Position numbers and translations under genes: made by a program | The notes under the pieces: model-generated | Told to the model about the DNA's origin: nothing | Databases searched by the model: none | The model's input: only the letters and a program-made list of their open reading frames with translations | From: Octopus sinensis | Taxonomy: Eukaryota | Length of the DNA: 64,000 bases | NCBI RefSeq assembly: GCF_006345805.1 | Contig: NC_042998.1 | Coordinates: forward strand, 52,018,001-52,082,000 | Direction of reading: 5' to 3' | Shown here: positions 48,310-61,474 of the stretch, piece after piece | Layout: each line of letters begins with the position of its first letter | How positions within the stretch are numbered: the stretch's first letter is position 1

Positions 48310-50519
48310 TATTTGTTCTACTCCATCAAAACTGACCTGGGGCCAAAGAACAACTTATATTATCACCATCACCATTACCTATACTGTAACATTTTCCAGT
48401 GATACCACTATGTAGTCTGTGGTATGGTCATGACTGGCATGCATTTGATCATGTCTCTGCTCAGTCAGAACTGACCTGGGGTTAAACAAGAACAGCGACC
48501 TACGCTGTCACCATCACCATCATCCGCATTGTAATCTTTTACCAGTGATACCACTATCATGTCAGTGGTATCTTATATCTTTTATTTGTTTCAGTATTTA
48601 GACTGTGGCCTTGCTGGGGCACTGCCTTGAAGAATGTTTTAGTCAAATGAATTGACCCCAGTGCTTACTTTTTTTTATAAGTCTGATACTTATTCTATTA
48701 TTCTCTTTTGCTGAACTGCTAAGTTACAGGGATGTAAACACACCAGCACTGGTTGTCAAGCCATGGTGGGGAGACAAACACAGACACAGACAGACAGAAA
48801 CACACACACACATGGTGGGCTTTCAGTTTCGTGTTTCTTTACTGCCCACAAGGGGCTACACAGGGGAGAAACAAGGAAACACAAATGGATTAAGTCGATT
48901 ATATTGACCCCAGTATGTAACTGGTACTTATTTAATCGATCCCGAAAGGATGAAAGGCAAAGTCGACCTCGGCAGAATTTGAACTCAGAACGTAAAAGCA
49001 GATGAAATACTGCTAAGCATTTCGCCCAGCATGCTAATGTTTCTGCCAGCTCACCGCCTTTCAGTTTCTGTCTACCAAATCCATTTGCAAAGCTTTGGTT
49101 GGCCCAAGATCTTTTTCTTTCATCTTTTAGTCAGGAAGCTTGGAAAATGCTGCTGTCATGACTTACAGAGCCCTTGAGACAGATGGGAGATAGCCTTACA
49201 TCAAAGAACTTGTGTGAATGCTTGAAGCAAAGTACTTGATGGGGATGATAAACCAAGCAATGGATTAAGTCTACCACCCAAAATAGATTGAAATAGGTAG
49301 CTGGACTTGAACTCAGAACACAAAGATCTGGAACAAATACTGCTTAGCTTCACATCAAATGTACAAACATTTCTGCCAGTTCATTATTCTAGGCAGGTAC
49401 TTTATTTATTATCCTTAGAAGGATGAAAAGCAAATCTGACCTCAGTAGGATTTGAACTCACTACATCAGGTGCTAGAATAAATACCACAAGACTTTTTAT
49501 CTGACACGAATAACACTGATTGTTAGTTTCTGAAATGTATTCTTTGTTATCCTTTATTTAAGAAAATAGGGTATAATTTGCAGGAGATTTAGTTGCTATT
49601 TCTAGCAAGCGTTGTGACCTTTTGGAAGCTCCAGTATTGGCTGGTTCTGGTTGTTTTATCAATGTTTATTGATTTAGCAGGTATTCTAATTTCATTTTAA
49701 AGCTGATTGTTCTCAGGATATGTAATATCATGGTGCCAAATAAAATAAAGTTTTGATGGAAGACAAATTAGATATCCTTCCTGCTAATGTTTGTAACTAG
49801 ATTCTTTATGCCTCTGGGTCTATGACTGGAATTTCTCTTTATATTTAGTAGATTATTGTTTGGTATTTTATAAGTATACTACTTACATGTAATTAAGTTT
49901 AGAGAGTGCAGGCATAGTTAAGTAGTTAACAAAACCAACTTTGCAACCACATGGCTCTGGGTTCAATCTTGCTGTGCAGTATCCAGGTGTTTTAATTATA
50001 ACCTTCAGTTGACCAATAATTTGTGAGTGGAATTTGGTAGATGGAAACTGTGAGGAAGTACATCGTTTGAATGACTGATAACCCATACTGGGTTTCACCA
50101 TTCCAGAATCTAAACAGCAATCAGTGCTCAGATAATTCTAACAATAGATGTGAATTTTAGGCACGGCATCCTTGCAGATAAATGTGCTTTGTATCAATGG
50201 GAGAAACTAATATCAACTATTTGGGGAGATATCAAAATATCAAAAAAAAAAAAAAAATGTTATTGTATATACATAAATACATGTATGGGTAGTTAAAAAA
50301 GCTCACGTTGCAACAATGTAGTTTTGAGTTCACTCCCAGCATGTGGCATCTTGGGCAAGTTTCTTCTCTAAAGCCCTGGTCTGACCAAAGTCTTGTGAGA
50401 AAATTTGGCTGACAGAAACTGTATGGAAGCTGACTGTGTGTGTATATATATATATACATATATCCTCCTCCCCCTCCTCCTCCCCTCCTCCACATCATCA
50501 TCATCATTTAATGTACGTC

Positions 50520-50757
50520 TACCTATTTCTTTACTACCTACAAGGGGCTAAACACAGAGAGGACAAACAAGGACAGACAAACGGATTAAGTTGATTACAT
50601 CGACCCCAGTGCATAACTGGTACTTAATTTATCGACCCCGAAAGGATGAAAGGCAAAGTCGACCTCGGTGGAATTTGAACTCAGAACATAATGGCAGACG
50701 AAATACGGCTACGCATTTCGCCTGGTGTGCTAACATTTCTGCTAGCTCGCCGCCTTG
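50520..50757 (-). mobile_element. SINE-A inserted in an RTE tail
   Basis: TSD ATGTACGTCTACC on both sides. Confidence 0.85.
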
Positions 50758-53243
50758 ATGTACGTCTACCATGCTGGTGTGGGTTGGATGGTTTGACAGA
50801 AGCTGGCAAGCCAGGAGACTGCACTAGGCTTCACTGTCTGTTTTGGCATTGTTTTTATGGCTAGATGCCCTTTCTGATGACAACCACCTTACAGAGTGGA
50901 CTGTGTTTTTCATGAGGCACCAACACTGGCAAGGTCTGTTTCGGCATGATATTTTTGGCTGGTGCCCTTCCTAGAGCCAACCATTTTACAGTGTATCCCT
51001 GATGCTTTTTACATGGTGTCAGCATTGGCAGGGTCACCAAGTAACTTGCAAGTCAAAGATCCTTTGAGAGGTGGGGTATTGGAGGAGGTAGCCTTGTGCC
51101 AAATCTTACTCTCGTCAGAAAATTGAGTTGTGGAAATGCTATATTTTGGGTTCTCCACCCATTATAGTGTCTCTTCTCCACTTCATGTTGCTGCTTCCTG
51201 CCTCCACTCTGGTTCCACAAACCACCCAACCATATTATATCTCTCTTGTCCCCCACCTCTCAGGAACTGTATTATCTCTTGCTTGTTGCCTCCACTCTTC
51301 TGCATTCCTCTATCTTCCCCAGGTCATGGTTCTTGTTTCATCTACCTTTCAGCCCTACTCATTCTGGCAGGCTGCCTCCCCACCCCTCATTCATTCCCAT
51401 ACAATCTTGCAAATGGCCCACCCACTTCTAGCCAGATCATTCTCTGTGGGGTCACCCGGGCACCTTATCGCCATTACCTGTGTCTTGCAACTCCTACTGA
51501 TCTCTTTCTGTTTCTCTTTCCCTCTTCTTCCTTTACCTCTACTAGATGTGAGTATTTATGCAGATCCTTCTGTAGGGACCTGCTCTATCCCTTCCTTCTC
51601 ACACTTGTTTCCTAAAAAAAAATGTTCCTTCTTGAGCCATGCCAGGCTCATAAGGGCCGGTTTCCCGGTTTCAGTGACATAGAAATTCCCCACCTGGATG
51701 GGACGCCAGTCCGTCGCAGGATTACTCATTTTTGCCAACTGAGTGGAGTGGAGCAAGGTGAAATGAAGTATTTTGCTCAAGAACACAACGCATCGCCCGA
51801 TCCAGGAATCGAAACCACAACCTTACGATCATGAGTTCAACACCTTAACCACTAGGCCATGTGCCTCCTAGCATGAAGCTGACACTCCCACCTACCCCAG
51901 GACTCATAGTCCTGCGAACTGCATGGCAATCTCAATAGTACGGGTGGCATGAAAACAAAAGCACCCTGTCCATGCTGTAAAGTGATTGGTATTAGGAAGG
52001 ACATCCAGCCGTAAAAAAACATTCCAAAGCAGACATTCGAGCTTGATGCAGTCCTTGTTCATATTGAACCCTGTCTAACCTTCCAGCCCATGCCAGTCTA
52101 GAACATGGACATTAAATGATGATGATGATGATGATGATGATGTGTGTTGTGTTTTTGTGTTACTCCCACTGTTTCACAACTACCTTGAAGAATGTTTTAT
52201 TCAAATGAACTGACCCCAGTGCTTACTGATACTTATTCTATTATTCTCTTTTGCTGAACTGCTAAGTTACAGGGATGTAAACACACCAACACTGGTTGTG
52301 AAGTCATGGTGGGGAAACAAACACAGACACAGAGACACACACAGACACACAAACATGGTGGGTTTTCTGTTTCTGTCTACCAGTTTGTTTTATGTTCCTT
52401 TGCAGTTTAGCAAAAGAGATCGCTGGAATACACACCAAACTTTAAAAAAAAAATACTGTGATTTGATTTGATTTGTTTGACTGAGCCCTTCAAGACAGTG
52501 CTCTAGCATGGCTGCAGTCTAGTGACTGAAACAAGTAGAAGATACACACACACACACACATGCACATTCATTAGTTCATATGTTTAACCCTTTTGTTACC
52601 ATACTTCTTTTGATACATACATTCTTTGTTCTAATCAGTTTCTAAATAACACTGAAATTATCAAAATAACTAAGTCACTATTATACTGGTATTTGGAACA
52701 AATTAACACAAAATTTTGATGTAAGGTTTTATATTAGATTATATTCTAACTCATGTCTATTGTGCAGAAATCTAGTAGAGGTAAAGGAAGAAGAAAGAAA
52801 GAGATCAGTAAGACAAAGGTAATGGTGATAAGGTGCCCAGGTGGCCCCACAAGGAACAAGCTGGCTAGAAGGAGTTGGGTCATTTGCAAGGAGGAAATCT
52901 GTGTCATAGACCCTGGGTTAGCCTCAGTCAGTTTGGTATCAAAATGAGTTAATGCCTGTTTCCGATTCTACCAAAGATTGGGTAGGGATGTATTTAGGGC
53001 AGCATTTAATGTTTCTCTTGCTACCAACCTTTCCTTATTTTACAAGTATGGGATATCTTTCCTCTATTTCACTAGTTTTTGGAAGTGCAGAGTAGCCAAT
53101 CATAATATCAATAAAGACTGGAACATCATATCAGCAGACAGTGATAAGCGAAACCATAGATTATTAATATTTGTGCACATGCAAACACATATACATGTAT
53201 ATGTGTGTATGTATATATATATTTATCTCTCCCTCTCTCTCTT

Positions 53244-53322
<79 letters not shown>

Positions 53323-53370
53323 ATGTATATATATGTGTGCATATATATATATACACACACATACACAATG

Positions 53371-53499
53371 GTATCAGCACTAAGCAGTGGGGAGGAATAA
53401 ACAAGCTTTAGGTTACTAAAAATATGTTTTGGCATATAACTTTAGGTTAGTTAACTAACCTAAAGTTCGTTTATTCCTCATCACTAATAGCACTGATAC
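53371..53499. repeat. Short MITE-like element with about 45-bp TIRs and an overlapping 30-bp perfect palindrome
   Basis: AACTTTAGGTTAGTT|AACTAACCTAAAGTT at 53438-53467. Confidence 0.75.
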
Positions 53500-53588
53500 A
53501 ATCGTATTCACTCCAACCAGTCTGATATTGAATGTTTTAAGATAAAGCTACTGCTTTAGAATCTGCATGAGTTATCTCTCTTTAGTAT

Positions 53589-53632
53589 CTCCTACTGAGG
53601 ATGGCTAAAGTGTCAGAAACCATGCTCAGGAG
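53589..53632 (+). ncRNA. Degenerate minimal hammerhead motif
   Basis: CTCCT-A-CTGAGGA-TGGC/GTCA-GAAA-C-CATG-CTC-AGGAG; one stem III mismatch. Confidence 0.42.
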
Positions 53633-54291
53633 TCTGCTAGGAGGAGATACTGAGAAGATATAAAGTTTTTACACCTTTTACTATAAGCATGAATTTTTCT
53701 CCATGGTACATACAGTGAATTTGCCTTCAGAAGTTGAAATATGTCATAAGCATTTAAATATAGTTGGGGGCCATGAGTGTAAGATTGTGGTAAACAGTAA
53801 ACAACATGAAATATGAGAACAAATGAGTTGAATATGCAAACAACGAGAGAAACAAATGGAAAAGAGGACAAGTAATATAAAGAACGAATCTTCATCAGTT
53901 GTCAGCTGCTTATCTGCTCCTCATTTCGTGCACCGAATGACAATATGAGTCTTTGAAGGCAGTTACTCCCTCAAAAACCAAAATAAAATTTGGGATTTAT
54001 GAAAGGTCAAAGTTGGTAAAAAAAAACAGGACAGTGAAGACGTACAACGAGACCAAACAAAAACAAACATGGAGGGCCGTTAGATCAGACATATATATAT
54101 ATATACATATCTATATACATACTCACACACACACATATATATATATAAATATATACATACATACATATATATACACACATACATTCATACATACATACAT
54201 ACAAACATACATACATACATACATACATAAATACATACATACATTCATACATACATACATACATACATACATACATACATACATACATACA

Positions 54292-54322
<31 letters not shown>

Positions 54323-54399
54323 GATATGATGGACTCTCCTGTTGGTTTCAATGTACAAAGATCTGACAACTTAAATTTTTTTTGTCATAATTCTTATGG

Positions 54400-54860
54400 C
54401 AAACGTGATATTTGAGTCCTGCCAACGATTTGCAAAGAAGTCCACAGATGTTGCCAGAATACGAATTACATATCAGTTTAGGCAGTATAATTGCAACCAC
54501 TTTTCTCCTTTATCTTTCACTGCTAAGCCTCTTAATGCTGGTTGTCAGAGAGTTTCTAATACCATTTTGACACAACGATCTCCATTTTGTTCACTCCAAA
54601 GCTGTTTGCTCAAAGGTGTTGGGAGCTGTATTGACTGCTGAGAGGTTACTCTTCAGCTTGTCCTTATATCTGTGTCATGGTCAACCAGCATTCCTGTATC
54701 CACTATCAAGCTGGCTGTATATGAGGATTTTGGGTATTCTTTTGTCACTCATTCTGAGGACATGTCCAGCCCAGTCCAATTGCAACTGCATAAGGAAGCC
54801 CTTGATTCCACCAATCTTACACTTGCTAAACAGGTTGGCATTAGAAACTCTGTCTTTTAG
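54400..54860 (-). mobile_element. RTE-BovB-like LINE C-terminal remnant
   Basis: QLQLDWAGHVLRMSDKRIPKILIYSQL..G.R..G...RYKDKLK. Confidence 0.85.
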
Positions 54861-54955
54861 TGAATAACTGCAGATCGTCCAGAAAATAAAAAATGAAAAC
54901 AGGTGAGGGAACAACCGGCAGGCGTATTAGTTTGACACTTAGGAAGAAAGGAAAA

Positions 54956-54998
54956 GTCTTTGATGTTTCAAGCCTCTCACCCTTTCTTTGACAGAAAG
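54956..54998 (-). ncRNA. Ultra-minimal HHR family, decayed copy
   Basis: CTTT-CTGTCAA-A-...GGCTT-GAAA-C-ATC-AAAGAC. Confidence 0.3.
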
Positions 54999-55572
54999 GA
55001 TGAGAGGAAGAAAAATGGAGAGAGATTGAAAAACAATGGAAAGAGAAGGGGAAAAATAGAGAGAACAAAATGTGTAGAAATTAGCAATTCAACAAGATGA
55101 AATGACCCTTTTATGTGTGTGTGTGTGTGTAATGAAGATGGAGTAATGATAAAGGCAGAGACCTGGCTGAGAGCTTTTCAATTAAGGATGTATTTTTTTC
55201 TTTGTTTACAAGAATGAGAGTTGGGGTTTTGCTTTTCTTCATGTGACTGGAGACAGACAAGGAAATTCAGTAGTTAATCAGTAGTCAAGTCAACAGGTCA
55301 TCTCTTCAGCTAGGCCATTCTTTCAGCATTCTCTGTGTTTGCTCTCCCAGCACTCTGTGTGACAGCTTTAGCACTGTGTGTACTCTGACTCATAGTTCTG
55401 TCACTCTGCCTCAGGTGTTTGAGACTAGGTGCTTTTATAGCATAAGATCAGAGACACAGCTCCAAAAACTAGAATCTCTGCAGAAGGTCAGCTCTAGGTG
55501 GTGTCCTAGAATTTCCTTATTCTAGCCAATCATGATATTAGATGTAGTGACTAAATATTCCTGCTACACACA

Positions 55573-55603
<31 letters not shown>

Positions 55604-55700
55604 CCAAAAAACACAACACAAAGATGAAATAAAAAAATAAACACAAAGTTGGTATTAGGTTGCCTCAAAGAAATGAAAAGAAAAAGAGTAAGTGGAAATA

Positions 55701-55738
55701 GCTTTAACATTTTGAGTATACACTCTTCTTCTGAAAAA
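55701..55738 (-). ncRNA. Ultra-minimal HHR family, decayed copy
   Basis: TTT-CAGAAGA-A-GAGT(GTAT)ACTC-AAAA-T-GTT-AAAG. Confidence 0.35.
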
Positions 55739-55994
55739 TAGGATAGAGGTGGGAGAAAGGAACAGAGAAGGAAAATTGAAGAAATAGAAACACATGTGTA
55801 TCCAGAAATCACTGCATTTACAATAGGCTTCCACACAATTTCTGTGCACCAATTCCAAATACACATATACATATATACATACATACATTCATACATACAT
55901 ACACACATGCACTTGTATGTATGCATGTGTGTATGTCATCTTCAAAGTTAGCATACCAGTATATATACCAGTATATATACACACTATTAAGAAA

Positions 55995-56460
55995 TAGGTG
56001 CAGGTATGTCTATATAGTAAGAAGTTTGCTTCCCAAACACATGGTTTTGAGTTCAGTCGCACTGTGTGGTACCTTGGGCTAGTGTCTTCTACTATAACCC
56101 TGGGTCAACCAAAGCTTGTGAGTGGATTAGATTGACAGAAACTGAAAGAAGCCTGTCATATGCATATATGCATGTATATATGTGTGTATATGTGTATGTG
56201 TGTTTGTGCATGTGTGTATGTGTTACTGTCTCATTACCTTGACACTGTGTGATAGGTGTAAACACGTATCACCATAATGCAAGCAGAGTCCTTTTTTTCT
56301 AATATTCTGTGGAAACATGTTTGGCCATGAGGAAGTATTACTTTGCCTGGAAACAGGTGATGGTTGGCAACAGGAAGGGAATCTGGTCATGAAAAAAAAA
56401 AGGTCTGCCTTAACAAATTCTGTCTGACATATGCAAGCTTAGAAATGTGAGCACTGAAAT
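55995..56460 (+). mobile_element. SINE-B head with alternative body ending in an RTE-type tail; body also at 58030-58265 and 59395-59635
   Basis: GGTTGGCAACAGGAAAAGCATCCAGCTGTAGAAA...ATGATGATG resembles the RTE tail at 13872-14015. Confidence 0.65.
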
Positions 56461-56468
56461 GATGATGA

Positions 56469-56507
<39 letters not shown>

Positions 56508-57133
56508 TGGTGGTGGTAGTGGTGGTGGTGATGGTGGTGATGGTGATGACGATGATGACGGTGGTGGTGGTGGTGGTGAGGATGATGGTGGTGGTGATGG
56601 TGGTGATGGTGGTGATGGTGATGATGGTGGTGGTGGTGGTGGTGGTGGTTGTGGTGGTGGTGATGGTGATGATGGTGATGATGGTGATGATGATGATGAT
56701 GATAGTGTGATGATAATTGTTGAGATTCCTTTCAAAAAAGTGCAGAGAAAATAATGCACTTTCAAAGACAAGTGGAATAAATAACAGCCCTTTTTTGTAA
56801 AGCATGTGTTTGCAACTGCGTTGAAAGCATTTGACTGTAAAGCAACACCTTAATTGTATGTTAGAATGGGGAAATGGTTGTAAAACTGACAAATAAAAAA
56901 AATATATAGGTGCAAACTTGGCTGTGTGGTATAAAGTTCGTCTTGCAACAATATGGTTTCAGGTTCAGTCCCACTGTGTGGTCAAGTGTCTTTTACTATA
57001 GCTCCAGGCTAACCAATATTTAGTAGGATGATAAAAATGGTAAAATGTGCTTAGCTCAGTAACCAAACAATTTCTACAGATATTGGGTAGATGGAAACTG
57101 AAAGAAGCCCATGATACATAAATATATATATTG

Positions 57134-57337
57134 TTTATTTGAAGATCACAATATATGTATTAAAGCTTTAATAATAGTTTCATATATTGAGAGAACTCAA
57201 ACATATTTTTCAGGTGCAAGCCACATATCATAATGAACTAAAGAAATTGATTTGCACCTGAAGATTACGTTTGAGTTCTCTCAAAATATGAAACTATTAG
57301 TTGCACTTTAATACATGTATTGTGACCTTTAAATAAA
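57134..57337. repeat. Fold-back with about 85-bp arms and 32-nt spacer
   Basis: Core 57172-57202 versus 57269-57299 matches 30 of 31. Confidence 0.88.
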
Positions 57338-57400
57338 AATTTCTCTCTCACCAGATGGAGTACTTTTTTTGTTGAATTTTTTGTCACAGATTAGTACATC

Positions 57401-57461
<61 letters not shown>

Positions 57462-57572
57462 AAGGAATGGCCTTGATAGGCCATTCGACCCACTAGAAAG
57501 AGCAGCTAAACTCAAACTGCTAAGTAGTTGTAATTCAGAACCAAAGGAAAATAAAAACATTTACTCTTATTA

Positions 57573-57670
57573 TCTTTGGACTATGCATTGTTTCGACATA
57601 CATCTAGGCAAACCGATTTAATTAAATTAAATTAAATCTATTTGCTACTGGCCTGTCTCGTCAGCAAAGA
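57573..57670 (-). ncRNA. Type I hammerhead ribozyme, intact core, long stem II
   Basis: TCTTTG-CTGACGA-GACA[...]TGTC-GAAA-C-AATGCATA-GTC-CAAAGA. Confidence 0.85.
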
Positions 57671-57689
57671 AGCCAGGGAAATATATATC

Positions 57690-57745
<56 letters not shown>

Positions 57746-57830
57746 AGAGTTTACGAAAAAAACAAAAGACGAAGACAGGTGGTGTACAAAACAAACAGAT
57801 GTATTAGTATAACACTCAGGATAGAAAAAG

Positions 57831-57868
57831 TCTTTTACGTTTTGAGCCTACACTCTTCTACAGAAAGG
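57831..57868 (-). ncRNA. Ultra-minimal HHR family copy with G12A change
   Basis: CTTT-CTGTAGA-A-GAGT(GTAG)GCTC-AAAA-C-GTA-AAAG. Confidence 0.4.
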
Positions 57869-57943
57869 GACACAGAAAAAAAACAAGGAGAGAAACAAGG
57901 AAAGAAAAAAAATGTGTGTAGTGGCTAACGATCTATCATGGCG

Positions 57944-57994
<51 letters not shown>

Positions 57995-58267
57995 GTGTGT
58001 GTGTGTGTGTGTGGTGTGTGTGTGTGTATGTTACTGTCTTCATTACTTGACACTGCATGATAGTTGTAAACAAGTATCACTGCCATGCAAGCAGCGTCTT
58101 TCATTTCTAATCTCCCCTGAAAACATTTCTGGTCATGGAGAAACATCACCTTACTTGGAAACAGTAAAGTAAGGGTTGGCAACAGGAAAAGCATCCAGCT
58201 GTAGAAAATCCACCTCAACAAATTCCATCAGCTGTATACAAGAATGAAAAAGGTGGATTTGAAAACA

Positions 58268-58316
<49 letters not shown>

Positions 58317-58831
58317 GCAGTTGCAAATCATATTCTGTACAGTCTGGAATATTGTTTTCACTTTTCTTAAGATAATACATCTTTGAAGTTGTTCGTATTG
58401 TTACTAACACACACATGCACCCGTCCCCTCCTCTACACACACATGTACATGCGTGTGCTCAAACATACATATATGCACATCACGGCTTTGCTTGTTATTA
58501 TTTGTATTCCATTTTCTATTGTCTTTCAGTTATGAAAGATAATATCTGCTCAGGTCAACTATTTATGCTAAAAGAGATGAAAATGTCTGGCAGTTTTTGT
58601 TTCTGGTATCAACATGGTCAACATAACTCACTGGAATAGTCAACACTTTTATACTTCAACTGCTTGATGTGTCCTCCTCTCACTCACAGATGTATATAGT
58701 GTGAATTTGTGTATGTGTGTGCACGCATGTGTTTATATATATATATATATATATAATATATATATAATATATATTATATATATATATATTATATATATAT
58801 ATATAATATATATATATATATAATATATATA

Positions 58832-58867
<36 letters not shown>

Positions 58868-58957
58868 TGTATGTATGTATGCATGTATGTATGTATGTAT
58901 GTATGTATGTATGTATGTATGTATGTATATATATATACATACATATATATATATATA

Positions 58958-58989
<32 letters not shown>

Positions 58990-59345
58990 CACACATGCAC
59001 AAATGCACAACATGCATATTTATATTAACAGCTAGTTTATAAATCAGGAAAAAAGCACACTCAATATAAGTAAAAGACCAAGTATATATTTATAACATCA
59101 AGCAATATATTACTGGTTATGGAATATAAATGGTCATAATATGACCATTACTTTCACACCAAATATTGCCTCCAGACAATATTAACCAATTTTTCTGTTT
59201 TATGTTGGAGATGCATAGACTCTAAGTTAGCTGCTCATTGGTGGCAAAAGTGTGGAATGAAATATAGATAAAAATATCATTTTTCAGGAGAAGCATTATT
59301 CTTCGTGGATTGGGGTTAGCCAGAGGTGAAGTATATTAAGTGCTG

Positions 59346-59376
<31 letters not shown>

Positions 59377-59631
59377 TGTGTGTGTGTGTGTATGTTACTG
59401 TCTTCATTACTTGACACTGCATGATAGTTGTAAACAAGTATCACTGCCATGCAAGCAGCGTCTTTCATTTCTAATCTCCCCTGAAAACATTTCTGGTCAT
59501 GGAGAAACATCACCTTACTTGGAAACAGTAAAGTAAGGGTTGGCAACAGGAAAAGCATCCAGCTGTAGAAAATCCACCTCAACAAATTCCATCAGCTGTA
59601 TACAAGAATGAAAAAGGTGGATTTGAAAACA

Positions 59632-59683
<52 letters not shown>

Positions 59684-60109
59684 GCAGTTGCAAATCATAT
59701 TCTGTACAGTCTGGAATATTGTTTCACTTTTCTTAAGATAATACATCTTTGAAGTTGTTCGTATTGTTACTAACACACACATGCACCCGTCCCCTCCTCT
59801 ACACACACATGTACATGCGTGTGCTCAAACATACATATATGCACATCACGGCTTTGCTTGTTATTATTGTATTCCATTTTCTATTGTCTTTCAGTTATGA
59901 AAGATAATATCTGCTCAGGTCAACTATTTATGCTAAAAGAGATGAAAATGTCTGGCAGTTTTTGTTTCTGGTATCACATGGTCAACATAACTCACTGGAA
60001 TAGTCAACACTTTTATACTTCAACTGCTTGATGTGTCCTCCTCTCACTCACAGATGTATATAGTGTGAATTTGTGTATGTGTGTGCACGCATGTGTTTAT
60101 ATATATTAT

Positions 60110-60155
<46 letters not shown>

Positions 60156-60174
60156 ATAGATATATATAATATAT

Positions 60175-60234
<60 letters not shown>

Positions 60235-60322
60235 TGTATGTATGTATGCATGTATGTATGTATGTATGTATGTATGTTGTATGTATGTATGTATAATATA
60301 TACATACATATATATATATATA

Positions 60323-60356
<34 letters not shown>

Positions 60357-60708
60357 CACACATGCACAAATGCACAACATGCATATTTATATTAACAGCT
60401 AGTTATAAATCAGGAAAAAAGCACACTCAATATAAGTAAAAGACCAAGTATATATTTATAACATCAAGCAATATATTACTGGTTATGGAATATAAATGGT
60501 CATAATATGACCATTACTTCACACCAAATATTGCCTCCAGACAATATTAACCAATTTTTCTGTTTTATGTTGGAGATGCATAGACTCTAAGTTAGCTGCT
60601 CATTGGTGGCAAAAGTGTGGAATGAAATATAGATAAAAATATCATTTTTCAGGAGAAGCATTATTCTTCGTGGATTGGGGTTAGCCAGAGGTGAAGTATA
60701 TTAAGTGC

Positions 60709-60737
<29 letters not shown>
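57995..60737. repeat. Near-identical tandem duplication, unit about 1.37 kb, bounded by (TG)n
   Basis: 58030-59342 versus 59395-60709. Confidence 0.95.
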
Positions 60738-60739
<2 letters not shown>

Positions 60740-61189
60740 AGACACAAATGTATTCGTTCTTTAGTTGAGAAATGGACATGACCACATTGCCTAAATGAAT
60801 TGGCACTCATAAAGGCAACAGCCAATAATTTCACTTTACAAGTTCAGGAAAGTACCCAGATCAAATGAGTTTTAGAATGATTCTCCTCTCTGCTAAGTAG
60901 AGTCTGTAGCTTCTGCTTTCAGTAAGATATGGTCTAGAATATTTCAACGACCTTTAATTGATATTATATAGCATTGTTTCCTCTTTTGTTGCCATGCATA
61001 GTGGGGTAAAGTTGTAACATTACATATAGGCACAGGCATGGCTGTATCATAAGAGGCTTGCTTCCAACCACATGGTTTCAGGTTCAGTACCACTGTGTGG
61101 CACCTTGGGCAAGTGTCTTGTACTATAGCCTTGGGCCAACCAAAGCCTTGTGAATGGATTTGCTAGAATGAAACTGAAAGAAACCCATC

Positions 61190-61224
<35 letters not shown>

Positions 61225-61474
61225 TGTGTGTGTATGTATGTATGTATGTATATGTGTGCATCTTTGTGTCTGTGTTTGTCCCCCCACCATCACCTGGCAA
61301 CCGATGTTGATGTGTTTTCATTCCTGTAACTTAGTGGGCCTGAGAATAAATACTAGGGTTAGAAAACAAAGTCCTGGGCTCAATTTCTTTGACTAAAACT
61401 CTTTAAGGCAGTGCTCCAGTGTCGCTACAGTCAAATAGTTGAAACAAATAAAAGAATAAAAGAATATCTTGGAT

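Noticed and set aside
51128-51682. 184-aa and 161-aa hydrophobic ORFs
   Set aside because: Pyrimidine-rich low-complexity DNA running into a SINE
53880-53910. CTGATGA on the minus strand in a Penelope-like remnant
   Set aside because: No downstream GAAA, stem III or stem I partner
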